The notes beneath the pieces were generated by a model. The model ran no database searches and was not told where the DNA came from. It saw nothing but the letters and a program-made list of their open reading frames with translations. From the human T2T-CHM13v2.0 reference genome, Homo sapiens, in assembly GCF_009914755.1 (NCBI RefSeq), contig NC_060941.1: a DNA stretch of 64,000 nucleotides. One strand, 5' to 3'. A program made the translations under genes and the position numbers. Of the stretch, positions 24,615 to 38,674 are shown piece by piece (position 1 is the stretch's first letter; each line of letters starts with the position of its first letter).

Positions 24615-26761
24615 CCACGGTTGTTCTAGAAAGAAGAATTTTGCAGTAATATCTCTGTCCCTCAGTGTAGCCACCCTCTAGGAATCCAAGACCAAGCCAA
24701 CTCAGATGTCAGATATCTGAGATACAAAAGCAGCACTTTTTTCTTGATAAACTGAGCGACAAGTACTTTCAGAGAAGACCTTGCTGGAGAGGCTGCCTGT
24801 GTTCTGTTTTGTTTGGTTTTCTATCTAATCCCTATTCACATCCATGGAAGTAAAGAAGACGATCCTCAAGCCTTGTCCTTCATTTCTTTGTAGCATCCCT
24901 TCTTTGTAGTGGCTCACTTGAATCATTGCAAACTCAGACATTGCATACTCAGCCAGCAACTCAGATGGCAATGATTTATTTTACTATTGTTTGAGACATC
25001 CCAGGATACAAACCCTGTGCATAGTTAGATTGCATGCATAAGGCATAATAATAGACTCTGGTCACTCGTGCAGACCAAGAAGTTCTCAGACTATAAAACA
25101 GTGGGATTGGTGCCAAGATCCAGGTTGACGTAGGATGCTGAGGAAGCACAGTGTGCCCCTCATCTGGGCTAACTGGTGACATCTATTTTAGGTTTACAGT
25201 TAAAAATAATAACGAGTCACCTAGGAAATCAAGGAGGAAAGGACATTCTAGACCAAGGACAGGACCTATGGGAGGATGAAGAGGAAAAAGCTTAGTACAT
25301 CTTCGGATGATCAGCTCAGTAGGTCTGGAGAAAAGGGTGTATGAGAAAGATGAGACAGAAAGAGAGGAAGGTAGGCATAAGGGCTGAGCCTAATGCCAAA
25401 AGGCCTTGTAAGTCAAGCTAAGGAGTGTAGATCTCATCATAGGATCTCTAAAGAACTTAAAGCATTTGACAGGGCCAGACTTGTCCTTTGGGTCCATCAC
25501 CCGCCAGCAGTTTGGAGAATGTGTTGGGATGATGTGACATTGGAGATGAAGGGACCAGTAAGAGAACAAATGCATTGGTCCAGAAGGCAGGGCAATGAGA
25601 ATGGAAAGAGGGGAAGACAAGATAAGGAGTGTAAATCCCGAGAAAATTTTGCACTTAGTTTAAGGGTGGGACAAGCCTCTTCCTGGCCAGCTCATGCATA
25701 CCGGGATGCAGGCTCAGCAGAGTTGGAAGCCAGCATGCTGACCTCTGGGATGGCAGCTCCAACACAGATTGACCTCATCCCCTAGGAATCCATGGCTATA
25801 GGATGCCATATCCCTGTCTCCTTGAGGCATCTGGCCACTGTGTTGGCTGTGGTGTCAAGTTCCCTGCAATCCAGAAACACATCATTCACTCATTTCCTTC
25901 TGGCTACACTAACCCCACAATTCCTGCCTCTATGGGTGGAAGAGTCTCAAAGATGAATGTCTGTCCTGAAAACCTCCTGGGTGTTAAAGATTTCCCCTCA
26001 AAGGGCTTCGAATGTAATCGCCTGCTCTTGTGCCCACAGAGCCCTTGAGGACTAGTCTTTTGAGCTAGCAATTCTAATCATTCCAAGCAAGCAGCTTTGA
26101 GGCAACTGTAGAGCACAGCTGGTCAGAGTCAAGTCCTGCAAGCTCATAGGAACATGTGCTGCCTTGTCAACATCATGTGTTTCCTAGAGAGCCGTATTCA
26201 ACCCTGTTTCCCCACTGTCCACCACCACCAGCACTACCCATGTGCCAACTAGTGTTCTGGGATCAGTAAGAGATTGTAAAAGAAATTAAAGACACAGTCC
26301 CTGTCCCAGAAAACTTATCACCTAGTTTGATGAAGCAGAACATTCACAGATGTACAAAATGACTTAAAAAGACATTGACAGAAACATAATCAAAAACACA
26401 CGTGGAAGAAACCACTTCCTGAATGGAAACATACCATCCCAGCATGTACGCTGAGTCCACAGGACAAAGAAAACCTCCCTTTCAAACTTGATGGTTTATT
26501 TTTTTTAGAGTGTACCTTGCTCTAGAAAAGATTTGAGGAAATTTACAAGAATACATTTATGGAAATAAAATTTAGAAATAAAAGTAGAGAACTAGAACCA
26601 AGGTAAATAAGAACACAAAAATGCCAAGCATAAGTCAATCCATGTATTATAGTGATGGCTTCGAATCTAGGTCTTCTTTTTCCTGGGGGAAGTAAAGACA
26701 CGATTTGTTTTTTAGTTCCTGTGATCAGATATATCAGACAGAGGAGTACTGAACTCTAAAA

Positions 26762-26918
26762 CTTGGTTGCTCAAAATGTGGTCCTTGGACTATCAGCTTT
26801 AGCATCCAGGGAAAGCTAGTTAGATATGAAAAATCTGAAGCCAACTCCAGACCTATTGAATATAAATCTGCATTTTAAGAATATGATTCATATGCACATT
26901 GAAGTTTGAGAAACACTG
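26762..26918. mobile_element. MER5-family MITE
   Basis: CTCAAAATGTGGTCC...CCAGACCTATTGAAT...ATCTGCATTTTAA...TGATTCATATGCACATTGAAGTTTGAGAAACACTG. Confidence 0.8.
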
Positions 26919-27444
26919 TTCTAAAAGTCATCCTTCTCCTGGAATGTCATACAGGAGATCTTGAGTAATAAAACAGGCCATCTATCGGCAGAGCTTTTTA
27001 CAACAAATGTAGTAAGTGAATATGTCTGATTTTTACAGCAATTTTCTAAATGACAGAAGATATAATAAAACTAAACCTAAGGCAAAGAGTTCTTAGACAT
27101 GACACCAGAAGCACAATTCATACAAGAAAAATTGGGTGAATTGGACTTCATCAAAATTTAAAACTTTTACTCTATGAAAGATCCTGTTAAGAGGATGAAA
27201 GACAGGCTGCAATGTGGGGGAAAATACTTGAAACAGTGTATCCAACATTAAAACAAAAAAAACTAGTATCTAGAATATATAAAGAATCCTTAAAACTCAA
27301 CGGTAAAAAGAAATCCAGTTAGAAAATAGGCAAAAAATATGAATAGATATTCACCAAAGAGGAGATATAGAAAGCAAATAAGCACATAAAATGATGTTCA
27401 ACCATAAAAACCAGTAAGGAAATGCAAATTAAAACCGTGATATT

Positions 27445-28141
<697 letters not shown>

Positions 28142-29046
28142 CCATACCAGCACACATCTATTAGAAGAGCTAAAGTAAAAAAAAAAAAAAAAACAGTGAT
28201 TACACCCAATGCTGGTGAGGACAGGGAAAAACTATCTCTCACACACTGATGGCGAGAATGCAAAAATGGTACGGCCATTATGGAAAACAGTTTGACAGTT
28301 TCTTATCAAAGTAAATATGCACTTAACATACAACCCAGCACTCATACTTCTGGGCATTTATCTCAGAGATATGGAAAGTTATGTTCACACAAGAACTTGT
28401 ACACAAATATTCACCATAGCTTTATTCATAGTAGACAAAAACTAGAAATAACCTAAATGTCCCTCACTAGGTGAATGACAAAATCAACTCCAGTATATTT
28501 GTATAAGAGAATACTACTCAGCCAAGAAAGGAACTATTTATATACACAACTGGGTTGGATCTTAAGGACATCATGCTTAGGGGAAAATGTATCCAAAATT
28601 ATATTCTATATGATTCCATGTATATAACATTACCAAAAGGATAAAATTGTAGAGAGCAGATGTGTGTGTTCCTTTACCAAGGGACAAAGGCAGGGACAGA
28701 GGTAGAGAGGTGGGTGTGGCTATAAACAGATAGCATAAGGTAATCCCTTTGTGGGGATGAAACAGTTCTACACACACTCGAGCCCAGGCAAAAACTAGTG
28801 AAAATTGAATAAGATTTTTAATCTAATTGACAATACTGTACCAATGTTAACTTCCTGGTTTTGATATTGTATTAACAGCCATAAGAGATGTCACCATTGA
28901 GGAAATCTGGGTGAAGGGATCATCGGACTCTAATATTTTTGTGACTTCCTGTGGATTCATAACTATTTCAAAATAAAAAGCTACCCCAAAAAGCTAAAAC
29001 TAAAAGCAATTAAGCCCAAAACCAAAATAATATGATTTAGTGCTAC

Positions 29047-29255
29047 TAATATGTTGGTAATACTGCTCTCCAGAAACAAACAAACACACACCCTGAGTCT
29101 TAGCCTTTACTAATTTCCATGGTGTAAATACTTCCTCTAACACATGGGTAGCTAATTTAAAGCTACCCATAGGATAACCACTGGCTCACAAAATTCCTGC
29201 ATGTGTGAGAATTGACTCTCAGAAGCCAGTATGAACAAGTTCCAGCACACCACTG
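29047..29255. mobile_element. MER63-like hAT MITE
   Basis: ATTTCCATGGTGTAAATACT...AAGCTACC...TCCAGCACACCACTG. Confidence 0.65.
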
Positions 29256-29331
29256 CCTTCTGATAGTTGGATTTGATCCTTGGACCACCTGTATCAGACT
29301 CACCTGAAGGAACTTAAAAATTCATATTCCT

Positions 29332-29922
<591 letters not shown>

Positions 29923-30434
29923 AAAAATTATATTCCTGATCTGCAAGCCAGAACTACTGAGTCAGAATCCCGAAGGTTCAACAGGGAATGTGCATTTATA
30001 ACTGTTTCTTCAGATTATCTTTAGGTTCATTAAAAGTTGAACATTATTAATAAGGGGAATAAATGGTGCACATAGCTCTCCAATGACCTAGCTATGAGAA
30101 GCATGAAGTAGCTTGAACTAGCAAGCCAGCTTCCCCCATGTTCAAACCTATGTTCAAAGGAGTAGAAGATGACTTAGAATTTGGCATCAGATTTTGTCAT
30201 CAACTAGTAAAAGGAGGGAATCAAAGGCTGATGACTTCGTGGGTTGTTGAAGCTAAGCTCCTCTGAACTCCCAAGTATGAGCACTGCTATTTTCCATAAA
30301 TGGCTTCTGCCTGCAACAAGAGTTTCAATATGTTTTGTACTTAGTATTGCTAAGAAAAACCAGGGTTTGATTAAACTGTTATGGGTAAGAATTTTTTTTT
30401 AAGTATCTAACATTTTTTAACATTTGGTCTTATT

Positions 30435-30614
30435 CAGTGGTTCCCAACTTTGAGGGCACATTGGAATCACGTGAGGGACTGTAAAAAACATCGATGCCTG
30501 GTCCTCGCTCTGAAGATTTTGATTTCATTAGTGTGGGATGTAGTGAAGGCACCAGGCATAAGGATTTAAACTCCACAGGTGATTCTAACGTACAGCCAGG
30601 GCTGAGAACCACTG
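30435..30614. mobile_element. MER5A MITE, full length
   Basis: Terminal inverted repeats CAGTGGTTCCCAAC / GCTGAGAACCACTG. Confidence 0.88.
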
Positions 30615-33397
30615 CCTACTTCTCACTGAATTTGGTTCACTGCTACATTTAGGTTATTTAAAATGAAAATTTTATTCTTTTTGAGTAGGTAATACTATTA
30701 AAAAATCTCATAAGTCAAAATGATTTTTAAAATATATAACAAAAAGTCTTGCTTCCTCCCTGATCATCTACCCCATTTCTGCTTCCACACACACCTACAC
30801 ACTTAAACAGGTATTTTCTTTCTGAAATTCTTTGTGCAAATTCAAAATGTAAATATGTGTGTAGTATATTCCTATTTTCATAAATTCCAATAAGATAATA
30901 TAAGGCTATAAATACATATATATTTTAAATCTACAAATAGATCTCTAGATAATATACATACGTATATAATATATTCACATTTGCATAAATCACTTCCAAA
31001 GAGACAATACAAAGCTGCAGATATACATAGAGATATATAATATTTTGAATATATAATTCTGTGTATTTCTAGCCTTATATTGTCTCATAATTTTTTATAA
31101 TGAACTCGACAATGAGTTATATTTGTTCACATGCTTACCTGAATTTGGTTCACCCAAGCGTAGTTATTTAATAGATACCGATGTTGACTCAGTTGTAATT
31201 ATACAAATTGCAATCACAGTGGAGGGAAAAGGATCCTAGAACTACAGCAGCAAATATCATATTGGTGTGTGTGTGGAAGAGTGTGTATACGTGTGTGGGT
31301 GGAGTTTGGCTACACTAGCTCTTGAGTAAATTGGTAATATTGAGTTTCTAAACCTGGGAATTAGAGAATCAAATTTTGCACTCACTCATTCATCTGAACT
31401 GGCTCTTAGAAAATATGTATCCCACATAAGACAGCTAAGACAGCCCGTTATCCCCCTCTTTACAACATCTCTCAGTAAGCAGTCAGAAAAAAATGTCCTC
31501 CTGAGTCAACATCTACTCTTCCGGGACCCTAAGCAAGAGATGTTGGAGGTCACAAGTTGGACCAGTTATTGTCCCCAAACAAGTTTCATAAAGCCCACAT
31601 GGTGTTCTTTTTTCTCAGATTGAAGCCAGCCAGCTTTTCCAAAATTGAGAACTTTCATACAGAAATAATGGATTTCAGGCTCCCACTTGTACCATCGAGC
31701 TCACACTCCGTGGTAACAGCCTGCTGGGTGTGAGTATGGCTGTGCCCCTTAGGCTACGAGATAGTCAGAGCTCCACAATCCACCAGCCTCCCTGGCACTC
31801 AGAGGCACACCTGCTCTAATACACCTATTCCTATCACCTGCCTGGCCTGCCACACCTCTGAGCTTCCTCCATTCTTCATGGGAATTTTCACTGCAGAATC
31901 CATCATCACATCATATTGAGTCGACTGTCAATAGTGAGTATCCCATAGACAGCAAGTACCAGGCATGAGACAATGTTCTCAGCTCTGCCCCTTTTCCAGT
32001 CCTGGCTCACGTCAACATTGACCTCTCCAGCCTGTTCCGGGTTCCCTCATGTTTACAACACCCAAAGCATCAAATCCCATTGCAATGACAAACTTCAATT
32101 GCTAGAGCAGTTTTTAAAATTTACTTTGAAGATGCTTACACGTGCCACTCCTGGGCTGATTTAACACCAGGCTTTGGCATCCAATGGCCCTTAGTGATTA
32201 ATACCACTCATTTGTTCAAAGTTAACAGCCCCTGAGTGACAGCCATAGATAAATTAACAACATTAGAAAAACACTAAAGCCAGCATTTATAGAGTGGGTC
32301 ATTGAAGAATATGATAGCTGTACAGATTGGCTCTGCCTATAATACACTATTAATGAATTTTATATACTGAAGTCATTTTTACCCAGTACCTTTTTAATTG
32401 TTCTGAAGTTGTCCATATTTATCTTGATTAAAAAACAAGCCAACTCCTAGAGACATTAATGGGTTTTATGTGCTTAGAAGCGAATATTATAAGCAGATGG
32501 AGGAAGTGAGTAGGGGTAGAGGGAGAGAGGGCAGGGCATTGTATTTCCATCCCAGCACTTTGTTACAATGAACTCAAGGTGTTGAGTAATGGGCTGCTAT
32601 AAATTAGAAGACTGTTTACCTCATAATGTCTGCCAAAGAAATGTAGCCAAATTTGGGCTTTGCCTTTTCTCTACTCAGACCTGAAGCTTGTTAAAACAAC
32701 TGGCTGTGGAGAAGTAAACATGGCTCCACACTCTTGCCTTAAATTCTGCTCCCGGTGTTGCAGGGCCATTTATAAGAAGCTAGCATTTAGCTCCTCTTTG
32801 GACTTTGTTCTTAACATGAACATTTAAACTTCTCCTGTAAGGAACCACAGAGAGTAGAGGTCTCGTGTCTTAAGAGCGAATGTTGATTTATTCCATTTAT
32901 TTGGCACAGTGCAATACCACCACTTAGAAAGTTGTAGCAGTGGGAGGAGCCTGACCCACACATTTTATGGATTAGGAAATTGTGACCGGAGGGGTTAAAC
33001 ATAGGGAGTCAGAAAGGCAGGGTGTAAAGGCCAGATTGAAAGGTCACACCCCCAGCAGCTCACAGGGTTCTCCTCCCTCAATGTTCCAACACCACCCACA
33101 TAGGAAGGAGGAAGAGGCAGTGTTCATTTCATGGCATCCATTTGGGGGTTACCTGGCATAGAAAGATGAGACAATAAAGCATGCGTTTCATGACAAATTT
33201 TGGTGCTCAGCACGTTTCTTCCTGCAGTACATCTTCCTAAAGACAGCAGCCAGGTAATGAAAGTGAGTGCCAGCAGTGTACTGAACAAGGTTTTCTGAAT
33301 GAGTTGTTTTGAGAATTACCCACGTCCAGGTAACCCCTGTTTGCTCCCATTTCCAGTGACCATCAAAGGTCTAAGAATAAAACCAATGCTGGAATTA

Positions 33398-33399
<2 letters not shown>

Positions 33400-33431
<32 letters not shown>
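33400..33431 (+). repeat. Poly-A tract (~32 nt) with no adjacent SINE body
   Basis: Seen directly. Confidence 0.9.
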
Positions 33432-33433
<2 letters not shown>

Positions 33434-34012
33434 AGAGAGAGAGATCCTATGTCTTGTTTCTTGGGTTTAAAACAGTGCCTAGTGCATCTTCTGTTACTGA
33501 CTTGCTCTGTGAGTTTGAGTTGCCTATTCTTGGCATCTGTTTCTCTGTCTACAGCCATAGAATGACGGATTTGGCTTAGCAGATCATTATGGTGACTGAG
33601 CCCTCACAGTCGGTGGATCACCCATGAACCGTGATGGCAGCTGTAATGGGAAGGGGGCCATGAAACCAGGGTCACTCAGCTGCGGAAGAGGAGTCTTTTA
33701 ACAAAGAACTTAACCAAGGCCACACGATGCAGGGACAACCACCAGGCCTCCAGTGCACTGAACACAGGGCTCAACAGAGGTCCCTATGATGCTGGTGGGC
33801 CTGATGGGTCTCCGAACGCTGGTGACACTTCACCCCAGCTTCTTGCCCAGGTTCTTGGCACTGGCACAGGAAGAAATTCAAGGATGAATCAAAGCAAAAA
33901 TAAAGAGGCTTTTATTGCAAAGTGAAAGTACACACTCACCGGTGGGAGTGTCATGTACTCCAAAGAGTGAGTCACACTCAACAGAGTTTGGGGTCTTTGG
34001 CTTTATTGGTTT

Positions 34013-34536
34013 TGAGGTCCAGCAGGACTTGTTTACTGGTCACAACCTTGCTGACCAAAACAGGACCTGTTCTGGACAGGATAAAGTGAGGAAACTAACA
34101 AGAACCAGCAGGTGGCTACAAAACTGATCCCTGGCTGCCCTCATTGCTCATTGGTGTAAGACACACACTAGTGCTATAACAGTTTACAAATGTCACGGCA
34201 GCCATCTGGCAGTCACCACCCCCTTTCCATGGCAACAACCCAGAAGTTACTGCCCCTTTCCCATAAAGTTCTAAACAACTTGCTCCTCAATTTGAATTGA
34301 CCCACCCCTTAATTTGCATGTAATTGAAAGTGGGCTTAGGTGAATATAAATGCAGTTGCCACAGTCCGTAGGTGCTAACTCTGGGTGCACTGCCTGTGAG
34401 TTAGCCCTGCTCCATATGGAGTAGCTCGGGTTCAATAAAAGATTGCTGTTTAAAATCAACTTGAATTCTTTTCTGGGAAAAGCCAAGAACCCTTATGGAT
34501 TAAGCCCCAACTTTGAGGCTTGCCTGTCCTGCATCA
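34013..34536 (+). mobile_element. MER66-like ERV1 solo LTR nested in the preceding LTR
   Basis: TGAGG...CCTGTCCTGCATCA, TATAAA, AATAAA; 4-bp TSD GTTT at 34009-34012 and 34537-34540. Confidence 0.8.
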
Positions 34537-34572
34537 GTTTCTCTAATTGAGGTGCAAAATAATCATAAGGAT

Positions 34573-34601
34573 TTCTGAGAAGAGATGGGAATTTCTTGGA
34601 A
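34573..34601. promoter_or_regulatory. Tandem GAS (STAT) motifs TTCTGAGAA-N11-TTCTTGGAA
   Basis: Two exact TTCN3GAA motifs inside a MER41-like LTR; function untested. Confidence 0.4.
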
Positions 34602-35044
34602 TTGGGGTGCTACCCAGTTTTAGACCCAGCATGGGTATACCTGGAATGGTCATGGCACTGGTGGGTGTGTGGTTTAGTATAATAAAGAGCGTATAATTGA
34701 GTCTGGGGTAAAACTTGGGTCAGACCAATTTCACCCACATCCTGTTTGTCAGGGTGTTATGGTCCCTTTCCCAACCCTTGCTCCTACAGCTGGCTTCTAT
34801 GTTAGTCAGTGAAACTGCTGCCTGGTATTCTCTATTTCCCCTGTGACCACACAGTATTCCTATCTCACCTATGCCTTGTGTGAGGTATTCCTTATTATCA
34901 GTGTCAAGAATCAGTGGGGATTATAGAAAAGAGGTAGAGGGAAAGTAGGAGGACTCAATTCCCATTCTACTTGATTGCTGTCTACCATGGGACTTTAGGG
35001 ATGTCTCACAGCTCTCAGCAAAGTGAATGGGCTGCACAACACAA

Positions 35045-35599
35045 TTTTACCAGTGGAGGATCCTGACTATGAGTATCCAGGTTCTTGGTGTTTGGAACAA
35101 AGAAACGGACAAAATGCACAAACAAAGCAATGAAAGATGAAGCAACGAAAGCACAGATTTAATGAAATGAAAGTACACTCCACAGAGTAGGAGCGAGCTT
35201 GGGCAAGTGGCTCAAGAGCACTGGTTACAGAATTTTCTGGGGTTTAAATACCCTCTAGAGTTTCCCATTGGTTACTTGGTTACACTATATGTAAATGAAG
35301 ACCTGAACCAGTCTGATTGGTTGCAGGGAGGGACCAATCAGAGGCCGAAGCGAAGCTACAAAGTTACACCCTATGCAAATGAAGACTGGTTGTGGGAGGG
35401 GATCCATCAGAAGTACTTACCATTTTTCATCTGCAATGCAGTAGAAGTCGGGGAGGGCATTGGAAAGGAAGTAGCCTCTGATGCTTTTGTTACTTGGGTG
35501 TAAAAAGGTGGGGTTTTCCTTTTGATTCCGTTCTAGGAAGTCACTGCAAATCGAATCGGCCTTAGGTTCCCTGCCTCCAGACCCTATTCTCCCGCCTCA
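35045..35599 (-). mobile_element. MER51A/B-like ERV1 solo LTR
   Basis: Minus strand begins TGAGGCGGGAGAATAGGGTCTGGAGGCAGGGAACCTAAGGCCGATTC; CCAAT boxes; octamer ATGCAAAT. Confidence 0.88.
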
Positions 35600-35642
35600 C
35601 AGTGGATGAGCAATCAGACACTTGCCTGCTTGCAAACAAGCA

Positions 35643-35763
35643 CACCCTGCCCCACCACACCCCCACACCCCTGGCCCCCCCCCCCCCCCGCTTCCCCTGC
35701 TTCCCCGCTCCCCCCCTCCCCGCTCCCCTCCCCTTCCCCCCCCCCGCCCCCCGCCCCGTACCC
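35643..35763. repeat. Extreme C-rich low-complexity tract (G4 / i-motif potential)
   Basis: About 15 runs of three or more C, including a run of ~15 C. Confidence 0.9.
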
Positions 35764-35865
35764 TTCCAGCAAACTCAAGACCCACAGGGCCAGGCAGCTG
35801 GCTGGTGCTGGACAACAGGCCTCAGGAGGCTGCTTAGAAACCTGCCATGCTGAGCACTTGCTTAG

Positions 35866-36252
35866 TATTAAATTAAACTAAGTTTGACCTCAGGCGGCAT
35901 CTATACCCATGTTCCTACTTAACGAACTGCAACCTAACTTAGTACTTAAACAAACTGAAAGCATAACTAGGAGTATATTTTTTTGTAACAACCAGCTGAG
36001 TCTCAGCCAATCACAGCAGCTGAGCTTCACCAATCACAGGCAGCGCTGATCAAACCCCACCCAAATAAGGCAAATCCAGCTGTAACCAATCCAGCTGTTT
36101 ATGCATCTCACTTCCTTTTCTGTCCATAAATGCTGCCTGCTGGATGGAGCGATCTGAACCTCTTCTGGTTCTGAGAGCTGCTTAGTTCACAAATTGTTCT
36201 TTGCTCAATTAAACTCTGTTAAGTTTAATTTGTCTAAAGTTTTCCTTTGAAC
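35866..36252 (+). mobile_element. MER57-group ERV1 solo LTR
   Basis: Shares AAATAAGGCAAA, GCTGTAACCAATCC, TTTTCTGTCCATAAAT and a similar 3' end with the LTRs at 47240 and 52604; exact subfamily uncertain. Confidence 0.82.
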
Positions 36253-36551
36253 ATTATCTGCCCTGCCTTTTCAAACACCAGGAGGTATAATAATATGTCC
36301 ACACAAAACACTTTCATGGCCCGCAATGGAACACCAGTACGTTCTGTCTCTCATAAGGCACTGTGGTTGTTACAGGAGAAAAGGAAGTTGGTTGGTGAGT
36401 CTTTGGACAGAATGGGGGATGTGGTGTCCCTCTGCTCTCAGACATTTTTCTCACTGCAAGCATCCCAGAGAACTTCCAGGAAGGCAAGGGAAGAGAGCAG
36501 ACATGAGACTATAGCATGCAGCAAGCCTGAAGACCCCTAGGTGGAGCCCAC

Positions 36552-36658
36552 TTTTGAGTAAATTGGACCAACCCGACTAGACAGACTTCAATGGAGAGGC
36601 AGATGCTTCAGTACTGATAAAAAGTAACAAAAAGGAGGGAAGCTGGGCACTTCTTATC
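36552..36658 (+). repeat. Local duplication pair 3, copy A
   Basis: About 89% identical to 38675-38780. Confidence 0.92.
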
Positions 36659-37029
36659 ACCTAGATGTCAGAACTGAGGCTCAACCCTGAATTTTCAAAG
36701 ACTTAAGTGCAAAACTGACACCCAGAAAGTATAAATAGAGCAGGGCTGGGGTGGGGGAGTTAAAGCAAAAGGAAAAAGTGTGGGGGGGAAGTTTTTAAAA
36801 ATAATAAATAAATAATACATAACTAAATAAATGGCTTTTCAGAAAATGATCAGAATGAAGAAAACACAAGTGCAATGCTAAAGGAACCACAGATGGGGAA
36901 CTCCCCAAGCCCCTGGGTGCTAGAGGCTCTATATTTAGACCAAATTAAATGCTCTGAGGCCCCACCCTTGTACCATCAGGAATTTCCCTCTCCAAACAGT
37001 ATAAATGTCCCCTAGGGGTGATGGCATTA

Positions 37030-37248
37030 AAAATCCCTCTCTCACCCTGCAATTAGGTATTTTGTACATGTTTCCTTGTCTGTTGTCCAAGTTCTCCCAT
37101 TAGACTGTAAATTCTATGAACGAATGGATCTCTTACGCTTGTCCACAGATTCTGAGCCTATGAAGATGGTACTAGTCCTCGATAAGTATTTGTGAAATGA
37201 GTAGCTGAATGAATGAATGAATAAGTAAAAGAATGAATGATTGAATGA
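37030..37248 (+). mobile_element. L2 3' end with (GAAT)n tail
   Basis: TAGACTGTAAATTCTATGAA...CTCGATAAGTATTTG...TGAATGAATGAATGAA. Confidence 0.75.
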
Positions 37249-38674
37249 TCACTTACAAGCTGCTGCCTGAGGCTTCTACCCTTGTAGCCCCTACGTACAC
37301 CTCAAGCACTGTTGCTGGTTTTGCATCAAATCTTCTTGTAGTGTAGCCAGAAGTGTATCCAGGACTCTGGGATTTTCACTAACCAGCTGAGAACTACATG
37401 GTCCCCATGCTGGGGCCAAACCCTGCCCCCAGAAACACGGTCTGTGTTGCTAAGCCTGACGTCCTATCCTATCTCTATGAATTGTTCACTAGGACTGTTG
37501 TTCCTGCACACAGTCTGGCCTAGTACAACACCACCCTAGATCAATCTGGTATATTTTTATAACCTAAGTATGGTAGGGATCATAATCCTGGTTTTAGCTC
37601 CGTTTATGGGAAGACGTCCTGCTGCCTACACTTAAACTGATGGAGCCAAATAATGAATGGGCAGGGGCTTCCCCAGGTCTCACTGCCATCTAAGGGCTAA
37701 AGAAAAATGAAGAAGATGAGGAAGAGGTGAGGGCTGTCTCCACCCACCAACAGCACCTGAGTCCCAGGCCCTGGCTCAACCAAAACGAATGTTTTGTTAC
37801 AGTGAGGCCAGGATTTCTGGACAGAGCAAACCACAGCAACAGAAAACAGTCATTTGAGAGAAACAGTGGCCACACTGCCACTCCTTCTATGGTGGAACGA
37901 CAGAAAGTACGTAGACGACACCGATGGCCTTTAGACACCAGCTGCCCTGGCTGAGGGAAAACAAGAAGCATAGTTTCCATTGCTCTGTATTACATCACTT
38001 TTTTCCACATTCTTTAATGACCTAATGATTCTTTAATGACCTTTAATGACCTCTTTGCAGTAAAATGTCCCAATGAGAATACACATTTCCATTAATTAAA
38101 TTCAACGTGCAATCAAAATGGTGTCACTAAAACAGTGGGCTGTCCTAGTCTTGGTGTCCTCAAAATATGGATCCACTTTTCCCAGCTTAGTACTAAACAA
38201 GTTGAGTAGAACAAAGAGTAAACACAAGTACCAAAAATATCACAGTTATTATTGATAAATGCCACATTGAAGCACATTTTTTTGGTTGGAGAGCTCAGTG
38301 GGCCTGCTAACTAAATCCCAGAATTCAGCAGTCTTACCCACCTAGCAGTGGACCATGCAGACTTCCTTTCACTCTCCTACTTTGCAGGATGGTAAGGACC
38401 ATGCTGTATGCCTAAGAGAAGTCTTAGGCCTAAAGAACTCTAGCTCTCTGCAGACAGAATGCTCTAATACCGTTTTCAAGACTGCAAGTTATTTAAAGTC
38501 ACTTCTTGTCTTCAAAGGCAAAGGAACAAAAAGGTCAACAGAATCCACTTGCCCTGTGAAAAATTCCGTTCCCCGCAAGGAAAAGAGGAAGCAATATTTT
38601 CCACCAGACTTGCCCTGTCTGATAAGTCTTGGTAAGCCACCTTATTGATTGTCTTCAACTGAGAAGACAATCAA

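Larger units (their letters stand above)
33787..34867 (-). mobile_element. MER41-family (MER41E/G-like) ERV1 solo LTR, interrupted
   Basis: Minus strand begins TGAGATAGGAATA...CCAGGCAGCAGTTTCAC...CACACACCCACCAGTGCCATGAC and ends CATCA; 4-bp TSD CCTA on both sides. Confidence 0.75.

Noticed and set aside
33400-33431. Poly-A as the tail of a processed pseudogene (AATAAA lies ~20 nt upstream)
   Set aside because: No upstream ORF or recognisable mRNA body, and no TSD found.
35597-35881. Pro-rich and Gly-rich overlapping ORFs
   Set aside because: Artefacts of the C-run tract.
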